32,378 nucleotides of DNA from Rhodoluna limnophila (GTDB taxonomy: Bacteria > Actinomycetota > Actinomycetes > Actinomycetales > Microbacteriaceae), in the NCBI GenBank assembly GCA_943326655.2, contig CALPUC020000001.1, forward strand, positions 1 through 32,378, written 5' to 3'. Positions within the stretch are counted from its first letter, which is position 1. The number at the start of each line of letters is the position of its first letter. Positions 1 to 8,811 of this stretch are shown here, piece by piece. The notes under the pieces are model-generated. The model did not search any database and was not told the origin of the DNA. It was given only the letters and a program-made list of their open reading frames with translations. The translations under genes were made by a program, and so were the position numbers.

Positions 1-672
1 GAAGCTCAGAATTGTCGTGAGACGACTCGTGGTGTTGGCGGCTCTCTCGATGGCGAACACAACGACCGCAATCATCGACATGTAAGCGAGCATGTTGCTA
101 TTGCCGACGATGCCCTGGATTCGCTCATCCGTGAAGAGATTGCCCTGCGTCCAATAGAAGGCAACGGCCGGCGGGTGATCGCCGTCGTAGTTTGGGAAGA
201 ATGGCTCGATTGGCCCCCGAACGACCAGTGCCGCGAAAAGTTCAAACAAGACCGAACCGTAGAGAATCGCTCTCAGTGTGTTGCCAAAAAGCCTGAGTAT
301 TTCACGCCAATCAAATGCCGCTGCCAGGTAGACACCGAAAGTGGTGGTTGCTATTTGAACAACTGCCGCTCCGGCGCTCACGAGAGCATAGTTCGACCAG
401 AGCGACCCGACCAGCATCAAACCCAGCAGGGACGATAGCGGCCAGGGAATACGTTTGACTGTTTCTCGCCAATTGCTTCTAAAAAAACTAATGACAGTCG
501 CGATAAACAGTAAACCGAGAACCACGGCCCAGCCGGCCCAGCCAATAGCGTATCGAACCGCGTCTCCGCCCATCAAAACGAACAAAGCGGAGTAGGCGAT
601 TGCGAATCGTGTTCGATAGCCTGCCGTCGAGCGGTCGACTATCACTCGAATAGATGTGGTGATTGCATCCAT
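1..672 (-). CDS. O-antigen ligase / Wzy-like multi-pass membrane protein (runs off the window start)
   Basis: Not in the ORF track. Hand translation from ATG at 672 gives an open frame to base 1: MDAITTSIRVIVDR...AIGWAGWAVVLGLLFIA...IPWPLSSLLGLMLVGSLWS...ERIQGIVGNSNMLAYMSMIAVVVF. Several hydrophobic helices plus an R-x-x-G-x-x-G-N-x-N loop typical of this family; directly downstream of galE. Confidence 0.75.
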   Translation of the reverse strand, partial: MDAITTSIRVIVDRSTAGYRTRFAIAYSALFVLMGGDAVRYAIGWAGWAVVLGLLFIATVISFFRSNWRETVKRIPWPLSSLLGLMLVGSLWSNYALVSAGAAVVQIATTTFGVYLAAAFDWREILRLFGNTLRAILYGSVLFELFAALVVRGPIEPFFPNYDGDHPPAVAFYWTQGNLFTDERIQGIVGNSNMLAYMSMIAVVVFAIERAANTTSRLTTILSF

Positions 673-1635
673 CTACTTGTTCTGAGCTTCCCAGACGGAT
701 TTGATTATTTCGTGAAGGTCATATTTCGCTCGCCAGCCGAGGATTTTGTCAATTCGACTCACGTCGGCAGCCAGAAAAGCGGGATCGCCAGGGCGTCTTG
801 GTTCGATCTGCGGCACGATTTCGGTTTTAGAAACGGAAGCCACCTCTCGGATGACTTCTAGAACGCTGGAACCAACTCCGGTACCAACGTTGAAAACGTC
901 GAATGGTCGTTCGTCTCGTTCGAGGTAGTCGATTGCTGCGAGGTGCGCCTCAGCCAAATCGAGAACGTGAACGTAATCACGGACGCAGGTTCCGTCTGGT
1001 GTTGGGTAGTCGCTTCCGAAAACTCGTGGAGTCACACCTTGCTCGAGTGATTGGAACACTATCGGCACCAGGTTCGCGGCCTGTGTATCCACCAACTCCG
1101 GCCAGCCTGTGCCAGCAACGTTGAAGTAGCGCAGGCTAACTTCTCGCAAACCCCACTGAACCGCGGCAGCCTGAACCAGATGCTCTCCATCCAGCTTTGT
1201 TTGTCCGTAGGGGTTGATTGGTTTGCAGTCAAAATCTTCGTTTACCCGAGGCGAGTCTGGAACTCCATAGGTGGCTGCAGAAGATGAAAACACCAATCGG
1301 TCTACTCCGGCCGCACGCATTGCTGCCAAAAGATTCTTCAGGCCACCAACATTTTGCTCTGCGTACCACTCGGGACGTTCAACCGATTCGCCAACCTTTT
1401 TGCGGGCTGCCAGGTGAACTACCGCTTGGACCCCGTGTTCCAAAAAAACGGACGTTAGTTTGTCAATGGCTCCATCGGCGGCTAGGTCGAGTTTTACCAG
1501 TTCTGCGTTTCCAACCCTGGCTTCGATTCCCTCGGAAAGGTCATCAACGACTATGACTTTTTCCCCACGTTGTTGCAGTAATCGGACCACGTGAGATCCG
1601 ATGTATCCGGCACCGCCGGTTAGCAAAACTGTCAT
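673..1635 (-). CDS. galE: UDP-glucose 4-epimerase
   Basis: LLTGGAGYIGSH NAD-binding motif, FSSSAATYG, YGQTK (YxxxK), LRYFNVAG, DGTCVRDYVHV. Start reset to the ATG at 1635 (MTVLLTGG); the track's extension to 1821 overlaps whiB2 and its promoter. Confidence 0.95.
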   Translation of the reverse strand: MTVLLTGGAGYIGSHVVRLLQQRGEKVIVVDDLSEGIEARVGNAELVKLDLAADGAIDKLTSVFLEHGVQAVVHLAARKKVGESVERPEWYAEQNVGGLKNLLAAMRAAGVDRLVFSSSAATYGVPDSPRVNEDFDCKPINPYGQTKLDGEHLVQAAAVQWGLREVSLRYFNVAGTGWPELVDTQAANLVPIVFQSLEQGVTPRVFGSDYPTPDGTCVRDYVHVLDLAEAHLAAIDYLERDERPFDVFNVGTGVGSSVLEVIREVASVSKTEIVPQIEPRRPGDPAFLAADVSRIDKILGWRAKYDLHEIIKSVWEAQNK

Positions 1636-1642
1636 ATCTTTT

Positions 1643-1648
1643 AGACTA
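1643..1648 (-). promoter_or_regulatory. -10 element (TAGTCT) of a probable leaderless galE transcript
   Basis: Minus strand reads ttggTAGTCTaaaagatATG: TANNNT box 7 nt before the ATG, no Shine-Dalgarno. Confidence 0.55.
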
Positions 1649-1714
1649 CCAAAGGCGATTAAACAGGCTTCAACACAGGGTTTAGAGTTGGATTTCGCAT
1701 TTTGGGAATTTGGT

Positions 1715-1732
1715 AATAACATCGATGTAATT
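1715..1732. promoter_or_regulatory. McdR/BldO-type (MerR family) operator upstream of whiB2
   Basis: AATAACATCGATGTAATT matches the AATnACAnnnnTGTnATT palindrome described for mycobacterial McdR at whiB2 at every defined position. A second, degenerate copy overlaps it at 1729-1746. Confidence 0.7.
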
Positions 1733-1770
1733 ACACCGCGGTTAGTTCGGCCGCGGGCAGAGTTAGGTTG

Positions 1771-2079
1771 ATGATGCGAGACGAAAACGGAATACCAGCA
1801 AACTGGTTTGTTGACCCACAATTCCTTGGTGTCGCGGGGGCATACGCTACCGACGATGACAATCCACTATCTTGGCAAGCCGAAGCGGTTTGTGCCGAAA
1901 CCGACCCAGAATTGTTCTTCCCCGAGAAGGGCGGCTCAACTCGCGAAGCTAAGCGAATCTGTGCTGGCTGCGACGTCAAGGCACAGTGTCTTGAATACGC
2001 ATTAGCCAACGACGAGCGATTTGGTATCTGGGGTGGCCTTTCCGAGCGTGAGCGTCGCAAATTGAAGAAGCGCGCCTAA
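1771..2079 (+). CDS. whiB2: WhiB2/WhmD-type Fe-S transcription factor
   Basis: WQAEAVCAETDPELFFPEKGGSTREAKRICAGCDVKAQCLEYALANDERFGIWGGLSERERR: four Cys and the FFPEKGGSTRE signature of WhiB2. Start could be 1768, 1771 or 1774. Confidence 0.93.
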   Translation: MMRDENGIPANWFVDPQFLGVAGAYATDDDNPLSWQAEAVCAETDPELFFPEKGGSTREAKRICAGCDVKAQCLEYALANDERFGIWGGLSERERRKLKKRA

Positions 2080-2099
2080 TAACTCCCCGGAGTTAGATC

Positions 2100-4868
2100 G
2101 TGGCCAAGCAGGTAACCGCAATTCTCGTCGTACACGACGAGGCAGTTTTGGCACAGCGGGCTCTACTCGCAATTCAAAAACAAACCGTTTCACCAGACCG
2201 TATCTTGGTGATGGACTCATCAAAATCACCAATAGATTTGCAGCCGACGGTTCGAGTTTCGCCAAAATCACGTCTCGGCGAGATTGTGAACGAGGCTATC
2301 TCAGATCTCGAAGTAACTGAGGACCACTGGATTTGGCTGGTGCACGACGACAGTGAACCGAAACCAACGGCACTTTTCGAACTTCTCCAGGCAACTGAAA
2401 ACTCTGAAACGATTGCCCTAGTCGGCCCCATGCAACTTTCCACCCAAGACAATCGCAAGATTGTTCAACTCGGGTTGACCCTGTCTCGTTTCGGAGAACT
2501 AATCAGCCCAATTAGCGGGCAGCTCGACCAATCGCAACACGATCGAGTTTCCGATGCCTTCGCCATCTCGACTTCGGGAATGCTCGTGAGAAGCGACGTT
2601 TACGAAAAGGTGGGCGGCCTTAATTCCAAGGTTCCGGCACTCGCGGAAGACTTTGATTTTTCGATGAGAGTAAGACGTCACGGATTTCGGGTCGTAGTTG
2701 CTCCTCGAGCGAAAATCGTGCACGGAGGATTATCTCTAGCGGGTAAGCGAAAGGGTGGTTGGCTCAAAGGCAGCCCCAAAACTGCCAATCGCAGAGCTGT
2801 GATTAGTCTTCACCTGGTACACGATTCACCCGTCTTAGCTTTGCTCTACTGGCTGCTACTGCCTTTACTAACCATTTATCGGGTTTTCTGGAGATTGGCC
2901 GAGAAGCGCCCCGGGCATATCGGCGCTGAACTTCGAGCGGGTTTCTGGGGTTTCCTGACCATGCCCAAGCAACTGGCATCGAGAGCGAACGCGGGGCACC
3001 TTGCCACGCGAACTCTCAAACCGCTTCGAGCTAGTTGGCAGGAGGTTACCGCTCACCGGCGGGCCGATTTGGAGGCCGAAGAGTCTGCTAACTCTTTGGC
3101 CGCATTTGAACGCGGCGATCATGAGTTAGTTCTCGAGGAGCGCGGTAAAAACTTCAACCAGGCGGCCGGATGGATTTTCGTGGCACTGTTTCTGGCGCTG
3201 TCTTGGAAGACGTTCCCTCTTGCATCTGCACTTCAAGGGGGTTCGGCACTTCCACTGGCCCAAGACTGGTTCAGCTTATTTGCTCGAGCAGGCGCCAGCT
3301 GGCAACCGATTGGAACCGGTTTTTTTGGTCCTTCTGACCCATTTAACTGGGTGTTACTCAGCCTGGGTTCGCTAACTTTTTGGGCTCCGAATTTGTCTCT
3401 CGTGCTCCTTTTATGGACGGCCAAGGCGCTTGCGTTCATGACCGCTTGGAAGGCGCTTTCTTTAATCACAGTCAGGGCCTGGCAAAGAAATGTAGGAGCC
3501 GCGGCTTATGCCCTTCTTCCAGCTCTTGCCGTTTCGGTTGATTATGGTGAATTCCCTGCCATAATCGCCACCATCATTCTTCCGTGGCTGGTTTACTCCG
3601 TCGCGCGCGCAGCGGGCCTGGGTCGAAGCGGTTCCGCTCGATCAGACTCACGCACTTGGTCGTGGGTCGGGCTTTCGGGCGTTCTCCTAGCAATACTCGG
3701 CGCCGCCTCACCTCCTGCCGCAATGCTGGGTCTAGTGGCTTTGGCGCTGGTTGCCTTCACCAAAATTCGCCGATTCGGTTATCTGCTGTGGATACCATTG
3801 CCACTGGCCGTCATCTATCTGCCACTGTTTTCGTACCTGGTTTTCGGTCTCGGACAACCGCTGGCGCTTCTAGCCGAACCAACAGTGGGAGTGACGACCA
3901 AGTCATCGCCGCTCGAGGCACTTATCGATATCGCCGATTGGGCTACCTGGCCGTTGGCGGTGATTGTGGTCTGCGCGCTCGGCTCTCTATTGGTGAAACG
4001 CTGGGTTGTGAGTTTGGTGCTGGCTGGCTTTGGCGTATTGGCGTTTGCAACCTTGATGTTCACTCAATCGCTCGAATTTACCGCAGATCTAGTTTCGGCA
4101 AAGAGTGGTCTCAGCAGCGTAGTCAGTAGCGGACACTCGGTAGCTGCGGTGGTCGGTCTTGTGCTGATTGCCCTGACCGTACACTTTTTGTCGTCGATTA
4201 GGCAAAAAACTGTGCTCGTTCTCCTAGCCGCAGTAATTTCGGTGTCGCTAATGCCTTCTAGTTTCATAGCAGCCACCGGCACCTCGCAGCTTTCGGCGGT
4301 GGATGATGGAGTGGTTCCCCTGCTGCTTCAAAAGCAGGCTGATCAGGGTACCGATCTGCGACTGCTGGTTGTAAATCAGAGTGAGGGTGAACTCCGCGCA
4401 GAAATCACTGAGCTATCGGGAACGCACCTGGAAGATTCAAACCTCGCCTATCGGTTTGCCGGTCTCAGAACATCCCAATCCACGGAGAATCAGCAACTCG
4501 CTCAGGTAATTGCCGATCTGGCAGCTGGAAATGGCGCAGCCAATGGTGAAACACTGATTGCCAACCAAATCGGATACATCCTTGTACCGAACAAAACTGA
4601 GAACGCTAATCTTGTCTCTTCTCTAGAATCGTCCACTTTGCTCGAGGGGGCTGGGCTGACCCCATTCGGTGATCTTTGGAGGGTCGTGGGCACTTCGGCC
4701 GAGAACGTCCCATCCAGCGAACAGAGCCCTTGGTCGATCACCAAGATCGCCCAGTTAATGGCATTGCTGGGATTTGTTCTCCTCGCCATCCCAGCTAGAC
4801 CTCGGGTACGCCGCGTCAAGGACAGCACGATATTTATTGACCAAAGTGAGAGTGAACTAGATGTTTAA
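2100..4868 (+). CDS. GT2 glycosyltransferase domain fused to a large multi-pass membrane region
   Basis: N-terminal GT-A features (AILVVHD, ILVMDS, WIWLVHDDS, EDFDFSMR) followed by many hydrophobic helices and a late soluble domain. Usual neighbour of whiB2 in many actinobacteria. Confidence 0.8.
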   Translation: MAKQVTAILVVHDEAVLAQRALLAIQKQTVSPDRILVMDSSKSPIDLQPTVRVSPKSRLGEIVNEAISDLEVTEDHWIWLVHDDSEPKPTALFELLQATENSETIALVGPMQLSTQDNRKIVQLGLTLSRFGELISPISGQLDQSQHDRVSDAFAISTSGMLVRSDVYEKVGGLNSKVPALAEDFDFSMRVRRHGFRVVVAPRAKIVHGGLSLAGKRKGGWLKGSPKTANRRAVISLHLVHDSPVLALLYWLLLPLLTIYRVFWRLAEKRPGHIGAELRAGFWGFLTMPKQLASRANAGHLATRTLKPLRASWQEVTAHRRADLEAEESANSLAAFERGDHELVLEERGKNFNQAAGWIFVALFLALSWKTFPLASALQGGSALPLAQDWFSLFARAGASWQPIGTGFFGPSDPFNWVLLSLGSLTFWAPNLSLVLLLWTAKALAFMTAWKALSLITVRAWQRNVGAAAYALLPALAVSVDYGEFPAIIATIILPWLVYSVARAAGLGRSGSARSDSRTWSWVGLSGVLLAILGAASPPAAMLGLVALALVAFTKIRRFGYLLWIPLPLAVIYLPLFSYLVFGLGQPLALLAEPTVGVTTKSSPLEALIDIADWATWPLAVIVVCALGSLLVKRWVVSLVLAGFGVLAFATLMFTQSLEFTADLVSAKSGLSSVVSSGHSVAAVVGLVLIALTVHFLSSIRQKTVLVLLAAVISVSLMPSSFIAATGTSQLSAVDDGVVPLLLQKQADQGTDLRLLVVNQSEGELRAEITELSGTHLEDSNLAYRFAGLRTSQSTENQQLAQVIADLAAGNGAANGETLIANQIGYILVPNKTENANLVSSLESSTLLEGAGLTPFGDLWRVVGTSAENVPSSEQSPWSITKIAQLMALLGFVLLAIPARPRVRRVKDSTIFIDQSESELDV

Positions 4869-6210
4869 GAGATTGCTCTCGTTGGTTTTGGTTGTAGGTG
4901 TTGGGGCGGCACTGCTCACCCTGGTGGAAATTCCTCGTCTACAAATAGGTTCGGTAAATGAAGGTCAAATGGTTTCGGTCGAACCCAAACAGCCCCAGCT
5001 CATATGCCCAGGTCCGGTTTATGTGAACGGTGGAGACACAGGCCTAAAGCTCGGCAACTTTACGCAGTCGGGTCTATCGGTCATTTCGGGAATGGACGGA
5101 CGGAAACCACTGCTCAGCAACGAATTCGCAGCTAGAACAATCGACGGGCAAAAAGCCGATTCTAGAGAATTTCACGCAGTTCAGTCTCAACTGGCACGGC
5201 AGAAATTGGCTGGCGGTCTAGCAGCTACAAACTGCATCCCCGGCCAAAACGAAGCCTGGTTTGTGGCCGGCGATAACAGCGTCGGTAGAGAAGCCCTCTT
5301 AATCCTGGTAAATCCTTCAACGGTTGATGCAACCGTAAGTTTGCAGATATTAGGAACGGATGGACCGATTCAGGGCGCCGGTCTGAGCGGTATTTCAGCT
5401 CCTGCAGGAAAGGTCACCGTGTTGCCGCTGGCTGCATTCGCGCCGAAGGTATCGACATTCGCCGTGCAGGTTTCAAGTAGGGGCGCTGCATTGGGAATGT
5501 GGTTACAGCAGAAGACAATTCGCGGGCTAACCCCCGGCGGGCTAGATTTAGTGGGCTCTTCTCCGGACGCGCAGAAAACAGTTCAAATCCCTGGGCTCTT
5601 TATAAGAGCATCGGAAGCGCTGAGAACGTTGGCCGCCAACGACCTAGATTATGGCGACACGAAGACTTATCTCAGAGTGGTTGCTCCGGGAAATAAAGAT
5701 GCAACCTTTACGGCTCAAGTTCAGGGTGCCGATGGAGCTAGCTTCGGAACTGTGATTCAAGGCACGGTCGCTGCTGGCACGGTCAGAGATTTTGAACTCA
5801 ACGACCTGGCAGATGGAAACTACATTGTCCAAATTGACTCCAACGAGCCGGTACTCGCTTCGGCAAGTTTCAATCGAATTGCTTCGGGGCAGCCAGACTT
5901 AGCCTGGGCAACCGCAGTGAACGCCACCAAACTAAACGCCGGGTTCGTAACTGTTCCAGGCGCTTTCAGCCGGCTCTCGATAGCCAACCCAGGGGAGCGC
6001 GCTGGAAGTTTTACGCTAAACGGTAGAACTCAAACTATTCCGGCCGCTTCAAACGTCGAGGTAATTCTCAGCGGGGGAACACCATACCAACTCACTTCTA
6101 CAGTGCCGGTGGCGGCAAGTACGGTTATCGACATTTCTTCGGCAATTGCCGTTGTTCCGGTACTCGACTACCGCTCGGTTGCCGGGCAGCTAAGAGTAAT
6201 CGTTCGCTAA
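4861..6210 (+). CDS. DUF5719-like secreted or membrane-anchored protein
   Basis: N-terminal hydrophobic anchor, QLICPGP, GLAATNC, WFVAGDNSVGREALLILVNPS; overlaps the GT2 stop; position typical of DUF5719. Confidence 0.7.
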   Translation: MFKRLLSLVLVVGVGAALLTLVEIPRLQIGSVNEGQMVSVEPKQPQLICPGPVYVNGGDTGLKLGNFTQSGLSVISGMDGRKPLLSNEFAARTIDGQKADSREFHAVQSQLARQKLAGGLAATNCIPGQNEAWFVAGDNSVGREALLILVNPSTVDATVSLQILGTDGPIQGAGLSGISAPAGKVTVLPLAAFAPKVSTFAVQVSSRGAALGMWLQQKTIRGLTPGGLDLVGSSPDAQKTVQIPGLFIRASEALRTLAANDLDYGDTKTYLRVVAPGNKDATFTAQVQGADGASFGTVIQGTVAAGTVRDFELNDLADGNYIVQIDSNEPVLASASFNRIASGQPDLAWATAVNATKLNAGFVTVPGAFSRLSIANPGERAGSFTLNGRTQTIPAASNVEVILSGGTPYQLTSTVPVAASTVIDISSAIAVVPVLDYRSVAGQLRVIVR

Positions 6211-6611
6211 CGTTTGAACTGATCCGGAATTAGATCGTCTGGGTTTTTACCAATAAGCTCCGCCGCCGCTTGAAAAACATACTGTTCAATGTGAAAGCGT
6301 TCGTCTAGGCGATCGGTTCGGCGGTGGTGCGTCATGCGCTCTATCGGTAGCCGATAGATTGTGATTCGAAAAGTTTTCGTGTTCACGCTGTATCTTGGAA
6401 CTTCGCTTTTTGGATCGGCAGTTACGTCGGTCTCGGCCAACCGGTAGTCGAGTTTTGACAACTCTTCTGGCCAGGAGTTGCGAAGAAAATCCACGGTCTG
6501 AGAGACCACAGTTTCGAAGAAACTCAGCGATCGACCAGCGCCGAGGTGCGCAAGCAGCGAACCTCGAGCCGTGCGCCCGTGTCGCTCTCGCTTTGCCCTT
6601 ATCTCTGCCAC
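6207..6611 (-). CDS. Zincin-like (Rv3259-like) protein without HExxH
   Basis: RERHGRTARG N-terminus, RITIYRLPIE, AAAELIGKNPDDLIP C-terminus. Start reset to GTG at 6611 because the longer track ORF overlaps ahcY. Confidence 0.65.
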   Translation of the reverse strand: MAEIRAKRERHGRTARGSLLAHLGAGRSLSFFETVVSQTVDFLRNSWPEELSKLDYRLAETDVTADPKSEVPRYSVNTKTFRITIYRLPIERMTHHRRTDRLDERFHIEQYVFQAAAELIGKNPDDLIPDQFKR

Positions 6612-6642
6612 AAACGTGAGTTTACTGCGGTAACCTTTATTC
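6612..6642. promoter_or_regulatory. Back-to-back -10 elements of two divergent leaderless genes
   Basis: Plus strand TAACCT (6631-6636) is 6 nt before the ahcY ATG; minus strand TAAACT (6624-6619) is 7 nt before the GTG at 6611. Confidence 0.6.
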
Positions 6643-8109
6643 ATGCAGAAGACCGACTTTGAGTACCGTGTTGCTGACCTTTCGCTAGCTGAGGCGGGCC
6701 GCCACCAAATTCGTCTGGCCGAAAATGAGATGCCCGGGCTAATGAGCCTTCGCGAGGAGTTCGGTAGCGAAAAACCTCTTACCGGAGCTCGCATTGCGGG
6801 ATCGCTTCACATGACTGTTCAAACCGCCGTGCTGATTGAGACTCTGGTGGCACTTGGTGCCAAGGTGCGCTGGGCTTCTTGCAACATTTTTTCAACCCAG
6901 GACGAAGCTGCCGCTGCCGCTGTAGTCGGCAATGGCAGTGAGGCTGCCCCGGCCGGAGTGCCAGTTTTCGCCTGGAAGGGCGAGAGCTTGGAAGAATACT
7001 GGTGGTGCACCGAACGTATCTTCGATTGGTCAGCCGAAGCGCGGGCCGAAGGCGCAGATTACATCGGCCCAAACCTAATCCTTGATGACGGCGGGGACGC
7101 AACCTTGCTCGTACACAAGGGGCGAGAGTATGAACTCGCTGGCTCGGTACCTGCTAGCGGCGCCGATGACTCGCACGAGTTCTCGATAATCCTTGAATTA
7201 CTTCGATCAACTCTCAAGGTGAGTAAAGACCGTTTCACTCGCATTGCTCAGGAACTAATCGGTGTGACCGAGGAAACCACGACCGGAGTTCACCGCCTAT
7301 ACGAGCTCTTCCAAGACGGGCAGCTGTTGTTCCCTGGAATCAACGTGAACGACTCGGTTACCAAATCTAAGTTCGACAACAAGTACGGAATTCGCCACTC
7401 GCTCCCAGACGGCATCAACCGTGCCACCGACGTTTTGATTGGCGGCAAGACCGTTTTCATTGCCGGATACGGTGATGTTGGAAAAGGCGCTGCCGAAGCT
7501 ATGGTTGGCCAGGGCGCCCGAGTGATAGTTAGTGAAGTTGACCCGATTTGCGCCTTACAAGCGGCCATGGACGGCTACCAGGTAGCAACTATCGAGTCGG
7601 TTGTGGACCTTGTAGACATTTTCGTAACCGCAACCGGGAACCACGCTGTCATTAAAACCGAACACATTGAACGCATGAAGCACCTTGCGATAATCGCCAA
7701 CATTGGCCACTTCGATAACGAAATCGATATGGATGGCTTGGCGAAAATCAAAGGCGTTGAAAAAATCGAGATCAAGCCGCAGGTTCACGAGTGGCGACTG
7801 CCGTCGGGGCGATCGGTACTGGTGCTGTCGGAAGGTCGTCTGATGAACCTCGGAAATGCTACCGGGCACCCTAGTTTTGTGATGAGCAACTCATTCACCA
7901 ACCAGGTCTTGGCGCAATTGGAGCTCTACACCAAGCCCGAAAGCTATCCAATCGGGGTGTACGTGCTGCCAAAAGCCCTCGACGAAAAAGTTGCCCGTTT
8001 ACATCTGGCCGCTCTTGGTGTGGAATTAACACAGTTGACTCCTTCACAGGCACGCTACATCGGCGTTCCGGTTGAAGGCCCATACAAGGTAGACCACTAC
8101 CGTTACTAA
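6643..8109 (+). CDS. ahcY: Adenosylhomocysteinase
   Basis: [60 protein letters not shown]-terminal DHYRY. Confidence 0.98.
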   Translation: MQKTDFEYRVADLSLAEAGRHQIRLAENEMPGLMSLREEFGSEKPLTGARIAGSLHMTVQTAVLIETLVALGAKVRWASCNIFSTQDEAAAAAVVGNGSEAAPAGVPVFAWKGESLEEYWWCTERIFDWSAEARAEGADYIGPNLILDDGGDATLLVHKGREYELAGSVPASGADDSHEFSIILELLRSTLKVSKDRFTRIAQELIGVTEETTTGVHRLYELFQDGQLLFPGINVNDSVTKSKFDNKYGIRHSLPDGINRATDVLIGGKTVFIAGYGDVGKGAAEAMVGQGARVIVSEVDPICALQAAMDGYQVATIESVVDLVDIFVTATGNHAVIKTEHIERMKHLAIIANIGHFDNEIDMDGLAKIKGVEKIEIKPQVHEWRLPSGRSVLVLSEGRLMNLGNATGHPSFVMSNSFTNQVLAQLELYTKPESYPIGVYVLPKALDEKVARLHLAALGVELTQLTPSQARYIGVPVEGPYKVDHYRY

Positions 8110-8125
8110 AGGCGCAATTTATAAA

Positions 8126-8803
8126 ATGCAAAAAGTTCTAGTTGTCGAAGATGAACTGCCGCTAAACCAGCAGCTGACCGACCTTCTCGAAAACGCCGGC
8201 TACCAGGCAATGGGTGTTACCGACGGAGGCACCGCCTTCCTAGCCTTCCAAGACTTTGAGCCAGATTTGGTGCTCCTCGATGTAATGCTCCCGAACAAGA
8301 CCGGTATCGAGGTGTGCCGAGAGATCAGGGCGGTTAGCGGCGTCCCGATCATCATGCTCACCGCGAAAGCCGAGGACGAAGACGTGGTCGACGGTCTCGA
8401 AGCCGGAGCCGATGACTACATTCTGAAACCGATGCCATCATTCAAGGTTCTTCAGGCGCGAATTGAAGCCCGCCTTCGCCCGCTACGCCAACCAGAATTC
8501 ACTGAGATCATTCTCGGCCCTCTAGTCATCGACGTCCTTGGCCACGAAGTTCGCCGCGACGGTGTGCGTGTTGCACTTACGCCGCTGGAGTTCAATCTGT
8601 TGCAAACCTTGGCGGAAGCTCCTAAGCAGGTCTTCAAGCGAGAGGATCTGCTGAAGAAGGTTTGGGGGTATCACTATGACGCCGATACCCGCCTCGTCAA
8701 CGTGCACGTCCAGCGTCTTCGTTCCAAAATCGAAGATGACCCAGACAACCCAAAGATTGTGGTTACCGAGCGCGGCGTGGGCTATAAAGCCGGCCAGTTT
8801 TAG
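8126..8803 (+). CDS. mtrA: OmpR-family response regulator MtrA
   Basis: Receiver domain (VVEDE, LLDVMLP) plus DTRLVNVHVQRLRSKIE winged helix; followed by a sensor kinase and lpqB. Confidence 0.9.
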   Translation: MQKVLVVEDELPLNQQLTDLLENAGYQAMGVTDGGTAFLAFQDFEPDLVLLDVMLPNKTGIEVCREIRAVSGVPIIMLTAKAEDEDVVDGLEAGADDYILKPMPSFKVLQARIEARLRPLRQPEFTEIILGPLVIDVLGHEVRRDGVRVALTPLEFNLLQTLAEAPKQVFKREDLLKKVWGYHYDADTRLVNVHVQRLRSKIEDDPDNPKIVVTERGVGYKAGQF

Positions 8804-8811
8804 CACCTGAA

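Noticed and set aside
1636-1821. 62-aa N-terminal extension of galE in the ORF track
   Set aside because: Overlaps whiB2 and its operator; the GalE fold starts at MTVLLTGG (1635), which has its own -10.
6612-6794. N-terminal extension of the zincin-like ORF
   Set aside because: Antisense to the start of ahcY; GTG 6611 fits the promoter and the family N-terminus.
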